Shown here in pieces: positions 43,503 through 52,415 of a DNA stretch of 64,000 bases. The notes beneath the pieces were generated by a model. It worked only from the letters and a program-made list of their open reading frames with translations, searched no databases and was not told where the DNA came from. Source of the stretch: Acetivibrio sp. GTDB lineage: Bacteria; Bacillota; Clostridia; Lachnospirales; Lachnospiraceae. Positions within the stretch are counted from its first letter, which is position 1, and each line of letters begins with the position of its first letter. The translations under genes were made by a program, and so were the position numbers. Location of the stretch: positions 560-64,559 of the forward strand of contig JAVBLX010000035.1 in the NCBI GenBank assembly GCA_031553075.1. The letters are read 5' to 3'.

Positions 43503-45293
43503 ATGAACTTATTAACAGTAGAAAAGCTAAGCAAAAGCTATACCGATAAAGTCTTACTAAAGGAAGCAACCTTAGGAATCAATGAGGGTGACCGCATTGG
43601 CGTCATAGGCATCAATGGCACCGGAAAATCAACCCTTTTAAAAATAGTAGCAGGAATCGAACACCCAGATCAGGGAACCGTAACCAAGGGCAATAAAGTC
43701 AAGGTAGAATATCTACCCCAGAACCCGGTTTTTGATGAAAATCTCACCATACTGGAAAATGCCATCAAAGGAAAACAGGCAGAAGAAAGCCACTGGAACA
43801 TCGAAGGTCAGGCAAAATCCATGCTGGAGAAGCTGGGAATTATGGATGTCAATGATTCCATCTCACATCTCTCCGGTGGTCAGAAAAAGCGTGTCGCCTT
43901 GGTTCGAACCCTTCTCACACCAGCCGAAATTCTGGTATTGGATGAGCCCACCAACCATTTGGATAATGAAATGGCAGAGTGGCTGGAAAATTATCTCAAC
44001 CAATGGAAGGGTGCCTTTATTATGGTTACTCATGACCGCTATTTCCTGGACAAGGTAACGAATCGAATTGTGGAGATTGACAAGGGAAAATTATATACCT
44101 ATTCCACCAATTATATGGGATTTCTGGAGCTGAAAGCCCAGCGGGAAGAAATGGAACTGGCAACCGAACGAAAAAAGAAAAGCCTGTACAAACAGGATTT
44201 AGAATGGATGATGCGGGGGGCCAGAGCACGTTCTACCAAACAGAAGGCTCACATTCAACGCTTTGAAGAACTAAGAGATCGAGAAAAGCCCAAGGAAGAC
44301 GGATCGGTGGAGGTAAATGCCCTGTCTTCCCGTCTGGGCAAGAAGACCTTGGAGCTTCAACATATATCCAAGGCATTTGGCGATAAAAAGCTGATTGCTG
44401 ATTTTAACTATATTTTCCTGAAAGGCGAACGGATTGGCATTGTTGGACAGAATGGTTGTGGGAAGTCTACCTTACTGAAGATTATCAATGGTGTCGTGGA
44501 TGCAGATGAGGGAGAAGTTATCCTCGGCGAAACCGTAAAAATCGGTTATTTCTCCCAGGAAAATGAATATATGGATGAGAGCCTTAAGGTTCTCGATTAT
44601 ATAAAAGAGACTGCCGAATATATAAAAACGACAGAAGGTGAACTGTCAGCCTCGGCTATGTGTGAACGCTTTTTGTTTGACGGTACGTTGCAGCATTCTC
44701 TCATTGGGAAGCTGTCCGGTGGGGAAAAGAGAAGGCTTTATTTGTTGAAGGTTTTAATGGAAGCACCTAATATTCTGATTTTGGACGAGCCTACCAACGA
44801 TTTGGACATTCAGACTCTTTCTATTTTAGAGGACTATCTTTTGGATTATGACGGGATTGTGATCGCAGTATCCCATGACCGTTATTTTCTCGATAAGCTG
44901 GCGACTCGGATATTTGCCTTTGAAGGTGGAAGATTAAAACAGTATGAAGGCAACTACAGCGATTATGCCAGTGCCAGAGGAGCGTTTCCCACAGGCGAAA
45001 CTCAGCCAGTAGAAACAAAGATGAAAACGGAGAAAGTAAAAGATAAAAAACGAAAGTTCAGTTATTTGGAGCAAAAGGAATTTGATGAGATAGACGATGT
45101 GATTGGTGGATTAGAAGCAAAAATTGCAAGTCTGGAACAGGAAATGGAACAGCAAGCAACCAACTACGGAAAATTAGCCAAGTTGACAGAAGAAAAGGCA
45201 AATCTGGAAGAACGGTTGGAAGAAAAAATGGAGCGCTGGGTATATTTAAATGATCTGGCTCAGCAGATGGAGAGTGAAAATGCAAAGAACTAA
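43503..45293 (+). CDS. ABC-F family ATPase with a C-terminal coiled coil (Uup-like)
   Basis: 596 aa. Two ABC cassettes (GINGTGKST / GQNGCGKST; LSGGQKKR / LSGGEKRR) and a Lys/Glu-rich coiled-coil tail. Confidence 0.88.
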   Translation: MNLLTVEKLSKSYTDKVLLKEATLGINEGDRIGVIGINGTGKSTLLKIVAGIEHPDQGTVTKGNKVKVEYLPQNPVFDENLTILENAIKGKQAEESHWNIEGQAKSMLEKLGIMDVNDSISHLSGGQKKRVALVRTLLTPAEILVLDEPTNHLDNEMAEWLENYLNQWKGAFIMVTHDRYFLDKVTNRIVEIDKGKLYTYSTNYMGFLELKAQREEMELATERKKKSLYKQDLEWMMRGARARSTKQKAHIQRFEELRDREKPKEDGSVEVNALSSRLGKKTLELQHISKAFGDKKLIADFNYIFLKGERIGIVGQNGCGKSTLLKIINGVVDADEGEVILGETVKIGYFSQENEYMDESLKVLDYIKETAEYIKTTEGELSASAMCERFLFDGTLQHSLIGKLSGGEKRRLYLLKVLMEAPNILILDEPTNDLDIQTLSILEDYLLDYDGIVIAVSHDRYFLDKLATRIFAFEGGRLKQYEGNYSDYASARGAFPTGETQPVETKMKTEKVKDKKRKFSYLEQKEFDEIDDVIGGLEAKIASLEQEMEQQATNYGKLAKLTEEKANLEERLEEKMERWVYLNDLAQQMESENAKN

Positions 45294-47316
45294 AATCGGA
45301 ACCCCATTTCCTTTGGGAGTGAGTCAGACGGTGGATGGAGTTCAATTTGCACTATATCAGCCTTTTGGGAAGACGTGTAAATTGCATTTATATAAGAATG
45401 GATTGGAAGAGAACAAGGAAACCTATGTCTTGACGGATTACCGAGTGGGCGATGTTTTTTCCATTTGTTTTATTGGCAAAAAACTGTCAAACTTTAAGGG
45501 CTATGAATATAGTTTTCAGGCAGAGAATTCTTTTGTTCTGGATCCTTATGCGAAAAAGATATCCGGCCGTGAAAAGTGGTCCGTCCGCCCACAGGACCGG
45601 GAGGGCGATGAAATCCGCGGCGTTGTCCATTGGGAAAAGTTTGACTGGGAAGAGGACAAAAAGCCTAATATTAAATACTCGGATTTATATCTTTACCAGC
45701 TTCATGTAAGAGGCTTTACCAGACATACATCCTCTAAGGTCAAGGCAAAAGGAACCTACAGTGGCATTGTGGAGAAGATTCCATATCTGAAGGAGCTGGG
45801 AGTAAATGGTCTATTTTTGCTTCCTTGCTATGACTTTGACGAGATCCTGGAGGAAGACATTCGTGAAGTGACCCGTAAATATTTGGAGAGTTACCGATAT
45901 AAGGAAAACAATCTGGAAAAGGTGGTGTCGGAAGCTAAGGCCATGTCAGAAGCTAAGGCTATGCCAGATGCTCGGGTCATGTCGGAGGCGAAAGCCATTT
46001 CAGAAGCTAAGGTCATCTCAGCGGTTAAGGCTGCCAAAGGGAATGTAACCGAGTTAAATATGGACCAGGGCAGAGACGAAAAAATAGAAGAAAAAGAGAT
46101 TTTAAAAATAAATTATTGGGGATATACCAAGAAGGCGGCTTATTTCACACCGAAAGCTTCTTATGCAAAGAACCCTAAAAATCCCCAGAAGGAAATGAAG
46201 GAATTGGTTCGGGCTCTTCATAAAGAAGGCATCGAGATTATTTTGGATATGTTTTTTGACCGGGGGACCAACCCAAATCTGATCTTGGATTGTTTCCGTT
46301 ACTGGGTTTTGGAATACCACGTAGATGGCTTCCGCGTGAATGACAATGTGGTTCCGGTTCAGATTGCGGCACTTGATCCGATCATTGGCAGTGTTAAGCT
46401 CTTGGCTTCCCGTTGGGATGGGAAAGAAGAAAACCAACCAGTAAATTCCCGCCTGGCAGAGTACAGTGAAGGTTTTTTAACTTCCGCCAGACGTTATTTA
46501 AAAAGTGATGAGAGCCAGATTAATGAATTTATGTATCGAATGAGGAGAAATCCCAAGGAGCACGGAGTTATTAATTTTCTTACTTCGGTTAATGGGTTTA
46601 CCCTTATGGATCTGGTATCTTATGATATTAAGCACAATGAGAAAAACGGCGAAGCAGGACGGGATGGTACAGACTTTAATTACAGCTGGAATTGTGGTGT
46701 GGAAGGAAAAACCAAGCGCAAGAATATTCTGGCATTACGCCGTCAGCAGATATGGAATGGATTTATCATGATGTTCTTTAGTCAGGGAACCCCTATGCTC
46801 CTGGCAGGAGATGAATTGGGAAATTCGCAAGAAGGAAATAACAATGCGTACTGTCAGGATAATGCCATAACCTGGATTAACTGGGACAATTTAAAGCAAA
46901 ATGGGGATATCTTTCAGTTTGTAAAAGAACTGATTGCATTTCGCAAGAGCCATCCGGTGCTTCACCGGGAGGAAGAGTTTAAAGGAATGGATTATCTTTC
47001 TTCCGGAAGTCCGGATATCTCCTATCACGGAACCAGGGCATGGTATGTGGACAATTCCAATTACAGCCGGATTCTGGGGGTTATGCTAAACGGAGCCTAT
47101 GCCATGAAGGATCAGGAGCAAGCAGATACCAACTTTTATATCGGTTATAATATGCATTGGGAAGCCCATGCGTTTGACCTGCCAGCACTGCCGGAGGGAC
47201 GGAAGTGGAGCATCCTGATTGATACCTGTAAAGGAAAGGTAGAGGAAGTAGAGGTTGAGAATCAGAAGAACTATGTGATTCCACCACGTACCGTAATCGT
47301 GTTTATTGGTAAGTAG
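45280..47316 (+). CDS. glgX: Glycogen debranching enzyme / GH13 isoamylase-type (GlgX-like) with an inserted hexapeptide repeat
   Basis: NYWGY, VDGFRVN and GTPMLLAGDELGNSQEGNNNAYCQDN motifs. Start chosen at MQRTKIGTPFPLG (GGAGAG RBS), overlapping the ABC-F stop by 14 nt. Confidence 0.88.
   Translation: MQRTKIGTPFPLGVSQTVDGVQFALYQPFGKTCKLHLYKNGLEENKETYVLTDYRVGDVFSICFIGKKLSNFKGYEYSFQAENSFVLDPYAKKISGREKWSVRPQDREGDEIRGVVHWEKFDWEEDKKPNIKYSDLYLYQLHVRGFTRHTSSKVKAKGTYSGIVEKIPYLKELGVNGLFLLPCYDFDEILEEDIREVTRKYLESYRYKENNLEKVVSEAKAMSEAKAMPDARVMSEAKAISEAKVISAVKAAKGNVTELNMDQGRDEKIEEKEILKINYWGYTKKAAYFTPKASYAKNPKNPQKEMKELVRALHKEGIEIILDMFFDRGTNPNLILDCFRYWVLEYHVDGFRVNDNVVPVQIAALDPIIGSVKLLASRWDGKEENQPVNSRLAEYSEGFLTSARRYLKSDESQINEFMYRMRRNPKEHGVINFLTSVNGFTLMDLVSYDIKHNEKNGEAGRDGTDFNYSWNCGVEGKTKRKNILALRRQQIWNGFIMMFFSQGTPMLLAGDELGNSQEGNNNAYCQDNAITWINWDNLKQNGDIFQFVKELIAFRKSHPVLHREEEFKGMDYLSSGSPDISYHGTRAWYVDNSNYSRILGVMLNGAYAMKDQEQADTNFYIGYNMHWEAHAFDLPALPEGRKWSILIDTCKGKVEEVEVENQKNYVIPPRTVIVFIGK
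45928..46035 (+). repeat. Six in-frame 18-nt tandem repeats inside glgX (SEAKAM-type hexapeptides)
   Basis: TCGGAAGCTAAGGCCATG, TCAGAAGCTAAGGCTATG, CCAGATGCTCGGGTCATG, TCGGAGGCGAAAGCCATT, TCAGAAGCTAAGGTCATC, TCAGCGGTTAAGGCTGCC. Confidence 0.9.
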
Positions 47317-47348
47317 ATTTACCGAGGATTCAACGTTTGAAACAAATG

Positions 47349-47408
47349 AATGGAGTTGTAACAGTCATTGAGTAATCAATTGATTTGTTACAACTCCATT
47401 TTTAATTT
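47349..47408 (+). terminator. Intrinsic terminator after glgX
   Basis: 15-bp stem AATGGAGTTGTAACA / TGTTACAACTCCATT followed by TTTAATTT. Confidence 0.8.
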
Positions 47409-47525
47409 AACCGGATATTTGATGGAAAGAGTATCGTTACTGTTTACAGACTTACCTGTAATTCGCGAGAGAATATAGTCTGGCAAGTCAGCCTCTTTGT
47501 TTGTTTAGATGGCATCTACGTTTGT

Positions 47526-47717
47526 TTAGATGCCATCTACGATTTTGTCATAAAGATCCAGTACACAATAATGGTCATCATCAAAGTGATTGCAGTTTAC
47601 ACAACTGGTTTCAACAGAGTCACCAGTAGAATTTGTAAAGGAATCCTCCCTATCCGTCTTGGAAAACTCACTGCACCTTTGTGCCACTTCTTTGTATGTT
47701 TTCTTATCAGCTCTCAT
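47526..47717 (-). CDS. Small Cys-containing protein (63 aa), hypothetical
   Basis: ORF track. Strong RBS (AAGGAG 7-8 nt upstream on the minus strand). CVNCNHFDDDHYC motif. Downstream of, and co-oriented with, the aminopeptidase gene. Confidence 0.65.
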   Translation of the reverse strand: MRADKKTYKEVAQRCSEFSKTDREDSFTNSTGDSVETSCVNCNHFDDDHYCVLDLYDKIVDGI

Positions 47718-47777
47718 AAAATATCTCCTTTCCGCGAAAAAGTATTTACAGGCTTATTATGGCGGAAAAAAGAAATA

Positions 47778-49109
47778 TTATGCACAAAAGAAATATTTTA
47801 CCAAATTATTTAATGCTTTCTGGTCTTTGGTACCCATTAACTCTCTTGCTGAATGCATGGCAAGAATGGGAACGCCTAAATCCACGGTTTTCATCGGCAG
47901 CCAGGAGGAGGAAAGGGAACCTAAGGTGGTTCCGCCAGCCATATCGGAACGGTTTACAAATTTCTGACAGGGGATATCATATGCCTGACAAAGCTGCTGA
48001 ATGGCTCCAATGGCTTCTGTGTCAGTGGCATATCTCTGATTAAAGCTCATTTTCAAGGTAACACCCTGATTTAGCTGGGTGACATTTGTCGGATCATTTT
48101 TTCCAGGATGATTGGGGTGTAGGCCATGGGCAACGTCGATGGAAATCATATGACTTTTCAAAATGCTGTTATAAACATCAGTGCGGCTAAGTCCCAATCC
48201 CTCGTAGATTTTTTCCAGAAGGAGATTACTGACAATGGAATCAGCGCCCTGCTTGGTCCGACTACCAACCTCTTCGTTGTCAAAAAGTGCAATAACATTG
48301 ATCTGAGAAGGGTTTGGAATCTCAGAAAAGTTAGTGGGGCTTGATATTCCAACGGAACCAAAAGGAGAACTGATTCCGTAGAGGCAGGCAAATACGGAGG
48401 TAAGGTTATCCAAACGGGGAGAGGAAATAAATTCATCCTTCATACCAAGGGTACAGCCTTCTTCGGCCACATATACATATAAATCAAAATCCAGGATTTC
48501 TTCTTTTGCCTTTCCTAATTCGTTTGCCAGGAAATCGATAAAAAAGGAATCTTTATTTAGCGTCTCATCTAATGTAGCAAACAGCGGAATCATATCAATC
48601 TGACCATTCAATTCCACACCCTTGTTTAATTCGGGATTCATGTGAATAGCAAGATTAGGTATGGTAAGCAGAGGGCGCTTCCAGTCAATTAGAACCGTTT
48701 CAGGGTGAAAAATATCATTGCTTTTTAATGCTACTTTTCCTGCAATGGATAAAGGTCGATCTAGCCAGGTGCATTTCGTTACGCCGCCATAAACTTCAAT
48801 ATTAAGCTTAAGATAGTTTTTTTCGGAAAGCTCTGCTTTAGGCTTAATTCGTAGACAAGGGAAATCGGTATGTGAGGATGCAACCCGAAAAGTGGGTGTT
48901 TCAGAAATATCTTTGCCAATGGTGAAGGCAAACAAAGTGGTGTCATAAACCGTGGTGTAGTAACGTCCTCCTTTTTCCAGAGACCAGGGGGTATCAAAGG
49001 GAAGTGATTGAAAACCCTGTGCAGTGAGGAACTGTTGGCTTTCCTTAATGACGTGGAAGGGGGAGGTTGCACTTTTTATAAAAGATATTAAATCTTGTGG
49101 TTCGTTCAT
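47778..49109 (-). CDS. M18 family aminopeptidase
   Basis: 443 aa. SSHTDFPCLRIKP and other M18 (aspartyl aminopeptidase-like) signatures. Confidence 0.88.
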   Translation of the reverse strand: MNEPQDLISFIKSATSPFHVIKESQQFLTAQGFQSLPFDTPWSLEKGGRYYTTVYDTTLFAFTIGKDISETPTFRVASSHTDFPCLRIKPKAELSEKNYLKLNIEVYGGVTKCTWLDRPLSIAGKVALKSNDIFHPETVLIDWKRPLLTIPNLAIHMNPELNKGVELNGQIDMIPLFATLDETLNKDSFFIDFLANELGKAKEEILDFDLYVYVAEEGCTLGMKDEFISSPRLDNLTSVFACLYGISSPFGSVGISSPTNFSEIPNPSQINVIALFDNEEVGSRTKQGADSIVSNLLLEKIYEGLGLSRTDVYNSILKSHMISIDVAHGLHPNHPGKNDPTNVTQLNQGVTLKMSFNQRYATDTEAIGAIQQLCQAYDIPCQKFVNRSDMAGGTTLGSLSSSWLPMKTVDLGVPILAMHSARELMGTKDQKALNNLVKYFFCA

Positions 49110-49301
49110 GGTAATTCATTCCTTTCATAATAACTCAAGAATATACATGGCTAATTTTACATACTTGATTTTGATTTTTTCTATTAATTGGTTATAGTAT
49201 TGTTTCGCATAGGTATAGATTATACTATTTTGCCTGTGTTGTAAACGAATAAAAACATTCTTTTGGTGTTATGTTCTGCAAAATAATGGACATAATGAGA
49301 G

Positions 49302-49466
49302 CTAGTACATCGTATTTGAAATTCTTGTGTATATTACTGGTCTATTTTTCCGAGAGCACATCGTAAAAAGCCTCAGCGTAGCCCGCTACGCCTACGTTTT
49401 TTACAATGCACTCTCAAAAAAATATCCTCAGTAATATACACAAGAATTTGCAAAACGATGTACTAG
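49302..49466. repeat. 165-nt imperfect palindromic (long hairpin) element in the divergent aminopeptidase / hydrogenase intergenic region
   Basis: Arms 49302-49339 and 49429-49466 are complementary at 35 of 38 positions by my count. An inner imperfect pairing is GAGAGCACATCGTAAAAA / TTTTTTACAATGCACTCTC. The central hairpin is GCGTAGC-CC-GCTACGC (49376-49391). Confidence 0.85.
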
Positions 49467-49497
49467 TACAGTGTATCATAAGTTCATGTACTAGTAC
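49459..49497 (+). promoter_or_regulatory. Repeated palindrome TGTACTAGTACA (candidate operator) upstream of the hydrogenase operon
   Basis: Perfect 12-nt palindrome at 49459-49470. A second copy, TGTACTAGTAC, is at 49487-49497, and a half-site CTAGTACA is at 49302-49309. A TTGCAA -35-like hexamer lies at 49448-49453. Confidence 0.35.
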
Positions 49498-49542
49498 CTC
49501 GAATAAGTAATTGCTTAGGAAGCATGAAAGGATGAAAACATC

Positions 49543-50055
49543 ATGGTATTGGATGAAAAACGTATGGATGAGTCGGGAGCTTGGAAAGAAGCTTTGAAAA
49601 TAGATGAACTGGATAACTATATTAATCAACTTCCGACAAAAGAAGGAAAACTAATACAGGTTCTTCACTTAGCACAGGAATTGGTTGGTTATTTGCCGGA
49701 GGAATTACAGCTTCACATTGCTGAAAAGATGGAAATTCCCCCTGCAAAGGTATTTGGTGTGGTTACCTTTTATTCTTTCTTCAATAGGAAGCCCAAGGGA
49801 GCCTATAAAATCAATGTCTGTCTTGGAACAGCCTGCTTTGTGCGAGGGTCTCAAGAGGTTTATAATGCTTTTCGCGATAAGTTAAAGGTCGACAGCGGAG
49901 AGATTACAGAGGATGGATTGTTTTCGTTGGATGGAATCCGTTGTGTGGGTGCCTGTGGCCTTGCTCCGGTGGTTTCTGTAAATGGGAAGGTATATGGCCG
50001 GGTCACTTTGGAAGATGTGGATGAGATTATTAATGAGCATATGGAAAAATCTTAG
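49543..50055 (+). CDS. hndA: NuoE-like 2Fe-2S subunit of the NAD(P)-dependent [FeFe] hydrogenase (HndA/HydC-type)
   Basis: 170 aa. Thioredoxin-like 2Fe-2S pattern CLGTACFVRG...CVGACGLAPV. Confidence 0.88.
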   Translation: MVLDEKRMDESGAWKEALKIDELDNYINQLPTKEGKLIQVLHLAQELVGYLPEELQLHIAEKMEIPPAKVFGVVTFYSFFNRKPKGAYKINVCLGTACFVRGSQEVYNAFRDKLKVDSGEITEDGLFSLDGIRCVGACGLAPVVSVNGKVYGRVTLEDVDEIINEHMEKS

Positions 50056-50125
50056 GCTAAATCCCTTAATGACAGCGAGTAGAAAACAAACATAGGTTAA
50101 TATTTATGCAGAATGGGAGTGCAGA

Positions 50126-50521
50126 ATGAATAAAATGAAATCGCTAGAAGAACTGAAAGCCATCAGGGAAAGGGCGAAGCAGGATACGGAGCTTCGGACC
50201 ACGGGGGAAGATAAGGAACGGATTGTGGTTGCTGTTGGAATGGCGACCTGTGGGATTGCTGCGGGTGCAAGAGAGGTTATGAGTGCTCTTTCAGAAGAAA
50301 TCGGGGTAAAGGAGTTGGGGAATGTTTCGGTTGTAGCCACTGGATGTCTGGGATTTTGTTACGCAGAACCTATGGTTGAAGTGCGTACGCCGGGGAAGGA
50401 ACCAATTCGGTATGGAAATGTAAACAGGGAGATTGCCAGAGCGATTATCGATATGCATATTTGCGAAGGAAAATTTGTGGAGGAAGCTATTTTTACAAAG
50501 GGGGTGCCAAAGAATGAGTAA
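50126..50521 (+). CDS. hndB: Small 2Fe-2S ferredoxin-like hydrogenase subunit (HndB-type)
   Basis: 131 aa. Thioredoxin-like ferredoxin fold (VGMATCGIAAG...GCLGFCYAEP). Operon position supports the call. Confidence 0.8.
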   Translation: MNKMKSLEELKAIRERAKQDTELRTTGEDKERIVVAVGMATCGIAAGAREVMSALSEEIGVKELGNVSVVATGCLGFCYAEPMVEVRTPGKEPIRYGNVNREIARAIIDMHICEGKFVEEAIFTKGVPKNE

Positions 50522-52307
50522 ATTCAGGATGCATATATTAGTATGCGGTGGTACTGGCTGTACTTCTTCCGAGAGTCTGGAGGTATATGATACATTTCAA
50601 AAGGTGATAGAAGAACAGGGACTTGGTGAAGAGGTACAGATTTTGAAAACCGGATGCTTTGGGTTTTGTGAGCAGGGACCAATTGTGAAGATTTATCCGG
50701 ACAATATTTTTTATGTTAAAGTATCTGCCCATGATGTGGACGAGCTGGTTTCAGAACATGTAATCAAAGGACGGAGTGTAAATCGGCTTCTATACGTTGA
50801 CCCGGAAGATGGAGAGCATGTGGAGGAGTTTCATGACATTCCCTTTTATCAGTCACAGGTACGGGTGGCACTTCGAAATTGTGGTATCATTGACCCGGAG
50901 AAAATTGAGGACTATATTTCTGTCCGAGGGTATGAGGCTTTGGGAGAGTGTATTTTCCATAAAACGCCAGAAGAGATTATTAATATAGTAAAGGAAAGCG
51001 GGCTTCGAGGCCGGGGAGGCGCGGGATTTCCCACTGGCTTAAAATGGGAATTTGCAAGAAATTATCAAAGCGAGAAAAAATATGTAGTCTGTAACGCCGA
51101 TGAAGGTGATCCGGGTGCTTTTATGGACCGTTCCATCTTAGAAGGTGATCCCCATTCCGTTCTGGAGGCAATGGCGATTTGCGGGTACTCCATTGGCGCA
51201 GACGAAGGGATTGTGTACATTCGGGCAGAGTATCCTCTGGCTGTGGAACGGCTGCGGATTGCAATTAAGCAGGCAGAAGAATATGGGCTTTTGGGAGAAG
51301 AGATCCTTGGTTCAACGTTTCGTTTTAAAATTTCCCTGAACCTTGGTGCAGGTGCCTTTGTTTGCGGCGAAGAAAGCTCTCTGCTTAATTCATTGGAGGG
51401 TGGGCGCGGAGAGCCCAGGACGAAGCCACCCTTTCCAGCAGAAAAAGGATATTGGCAGAAACCTACCAACATTAATAATGTGGAGACCTTTGCCAATATC
51501 AGTCCAATCATTTTAAAGGGAGCGGAATGGTTTCGTTCTATGGGAACAGAAAAATCCAAGGGTTCCAAGGTATTTGCCCTGGCTGGCAAGATAAACAATG
51601 TAGGGTTGGTTGAAGTCCCAATGGGAATCCGATTAAGAGATATTGTTTATAAGGTAGGTGGTGGAATCCGAGACGGAAAAAAATTCAAAGCAGTGCAAAC
51701 CGGCGGTCCTTCCGGTGGCTTCATTCCAGCAGAGGAGCTGGACTTACAGATTGACTTTGATACCCTTTCGGCAGCTGGTTCCATGATGGGATCCGGTAGT
51801 ATGATTGTTCTGGATGAAGATGACTGTATGGTGAATATGGCCAAATTTTATCTGGAATTTACCATGGAAGAAAGCTGTGGCAAATGTACCCCTTGCAGGA
51901 TTGGAAATGTGCGGATGTATGAAATTCTGGAGAGAATCACCAAGGGTGATGGGACGGAAGAAGATTTATCCGCTTTAGAGGAAATTGGTAATTTTGTAAA
52001 AGGTTCTTCTCTGTGCGGGCTGGGACAGTCGTCGCCGAATCCGGTTCTTTCCTCCCTAAAGCATTTCAGGAAAGAATATATGGCTCACATTCGGGAAAAG
52101 AAATGCCCGGCAGGTGCCTGTAGCGACTTACTTCAATATGTGGTTCTTGACGATAAATGTATCGCCTGCACCAAATGTGCCAGAAATTGTCCGGTAAACT
52201 GTATTTCAGGAGCCCCCAAAGTTGTCCATCACATTGACCAGGGAAGATGTATCCGGTGCGGTGTTTGTGCTTCCATTTGCCCGGTTGATGCAATTACTAA
52301 AATGTAG
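50514..52307 (+). CDS. hndC: NuoF-like NAD(P)H-binding FMN/Fe-S subunit (HndC/HydB-type)
   Basis: GRGGAGFPTGLKW, the CGKCTPCR 4Fe-4S motif, and C-terminal 2x[4Fe-4S] ferredoxin motifs. Start at MSKFRMHILVCGG overlaps the hndB stop by 8 nt; the track start 50433 is an out-of-context extension. Confidence 0.93.
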   Translation: MSKFRMHILVCGGTGCTSSESLEVYDTFQKVIEEQGLGEEVQILKTGCFGFCEQGPIVKIYPDNIFYVKVSAHDVDELVSEHVIKGRSVNRLLYVDPEDGEHVEEFHDIPFYQSQVRVALRNCGIIDPEKIEDYISVRGYEALGECIFHKTPEEIINIVKESGLRGRGGAGFPTGLKWEFARNYQSEKKYVVCNADEGDPGAFMDRSILEGDPHSVLEAMAICGYSIGADEGIVYIRAEYPLAVERLRIAIKQAEEYGLLGEEILGSTFRFKISLNLGAGAFVCGEESSLLNSLEGGRGEPRTKPPFPAEKGYWQKPTNINNVETFANISPIILKGAEWFRSMGTEKSKGSKVFALAGKINNVGLVEVPMGIRLRDIVYKVGGGIRDGKKFKAVQTGGPSGGFIPAEELDLQIDFDTLSAAGSMMGSGSMIVLDEDDCMVNMAKFYLEFTMEESCGKCTPCRIGNVRMYEILERITKGDGTEEDLSALEEIGNFVKGSSLCGLGQSSPNPVLSSLKHFRKEYMAHIREKKCPAGACSDLLQYVVLDDKCIACTKCARNCPVNCISGAPKVVHHIDQGRCIRCGVCASICPVDAITKM

Positions 52308-52311
52308 ATTT

Positions 52312-52365
52312 AATTGAAAAGCGAAATTGAAAAGCGAATTTGAAAAGCGCTAAATGAAAAAGCGA
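52312..52365. repeat. Four tandem 13-15-nt repeats (AATTGAAAAGCGA) in the hndC-hndD spacer
   Basis: Copies at 52312-52324, 52325-52337, 52338-52350 (ATTTGAAAAGCGC) and 52351-52365 (TAAATGAAAAAGCGA). Confidence 0.9.
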
Positions 52366-52415
52366 ATTTAGCTGAGTTGGATAAGTGCGCAGCGCAGCGT
52401 ACAGATAGGATTAGA

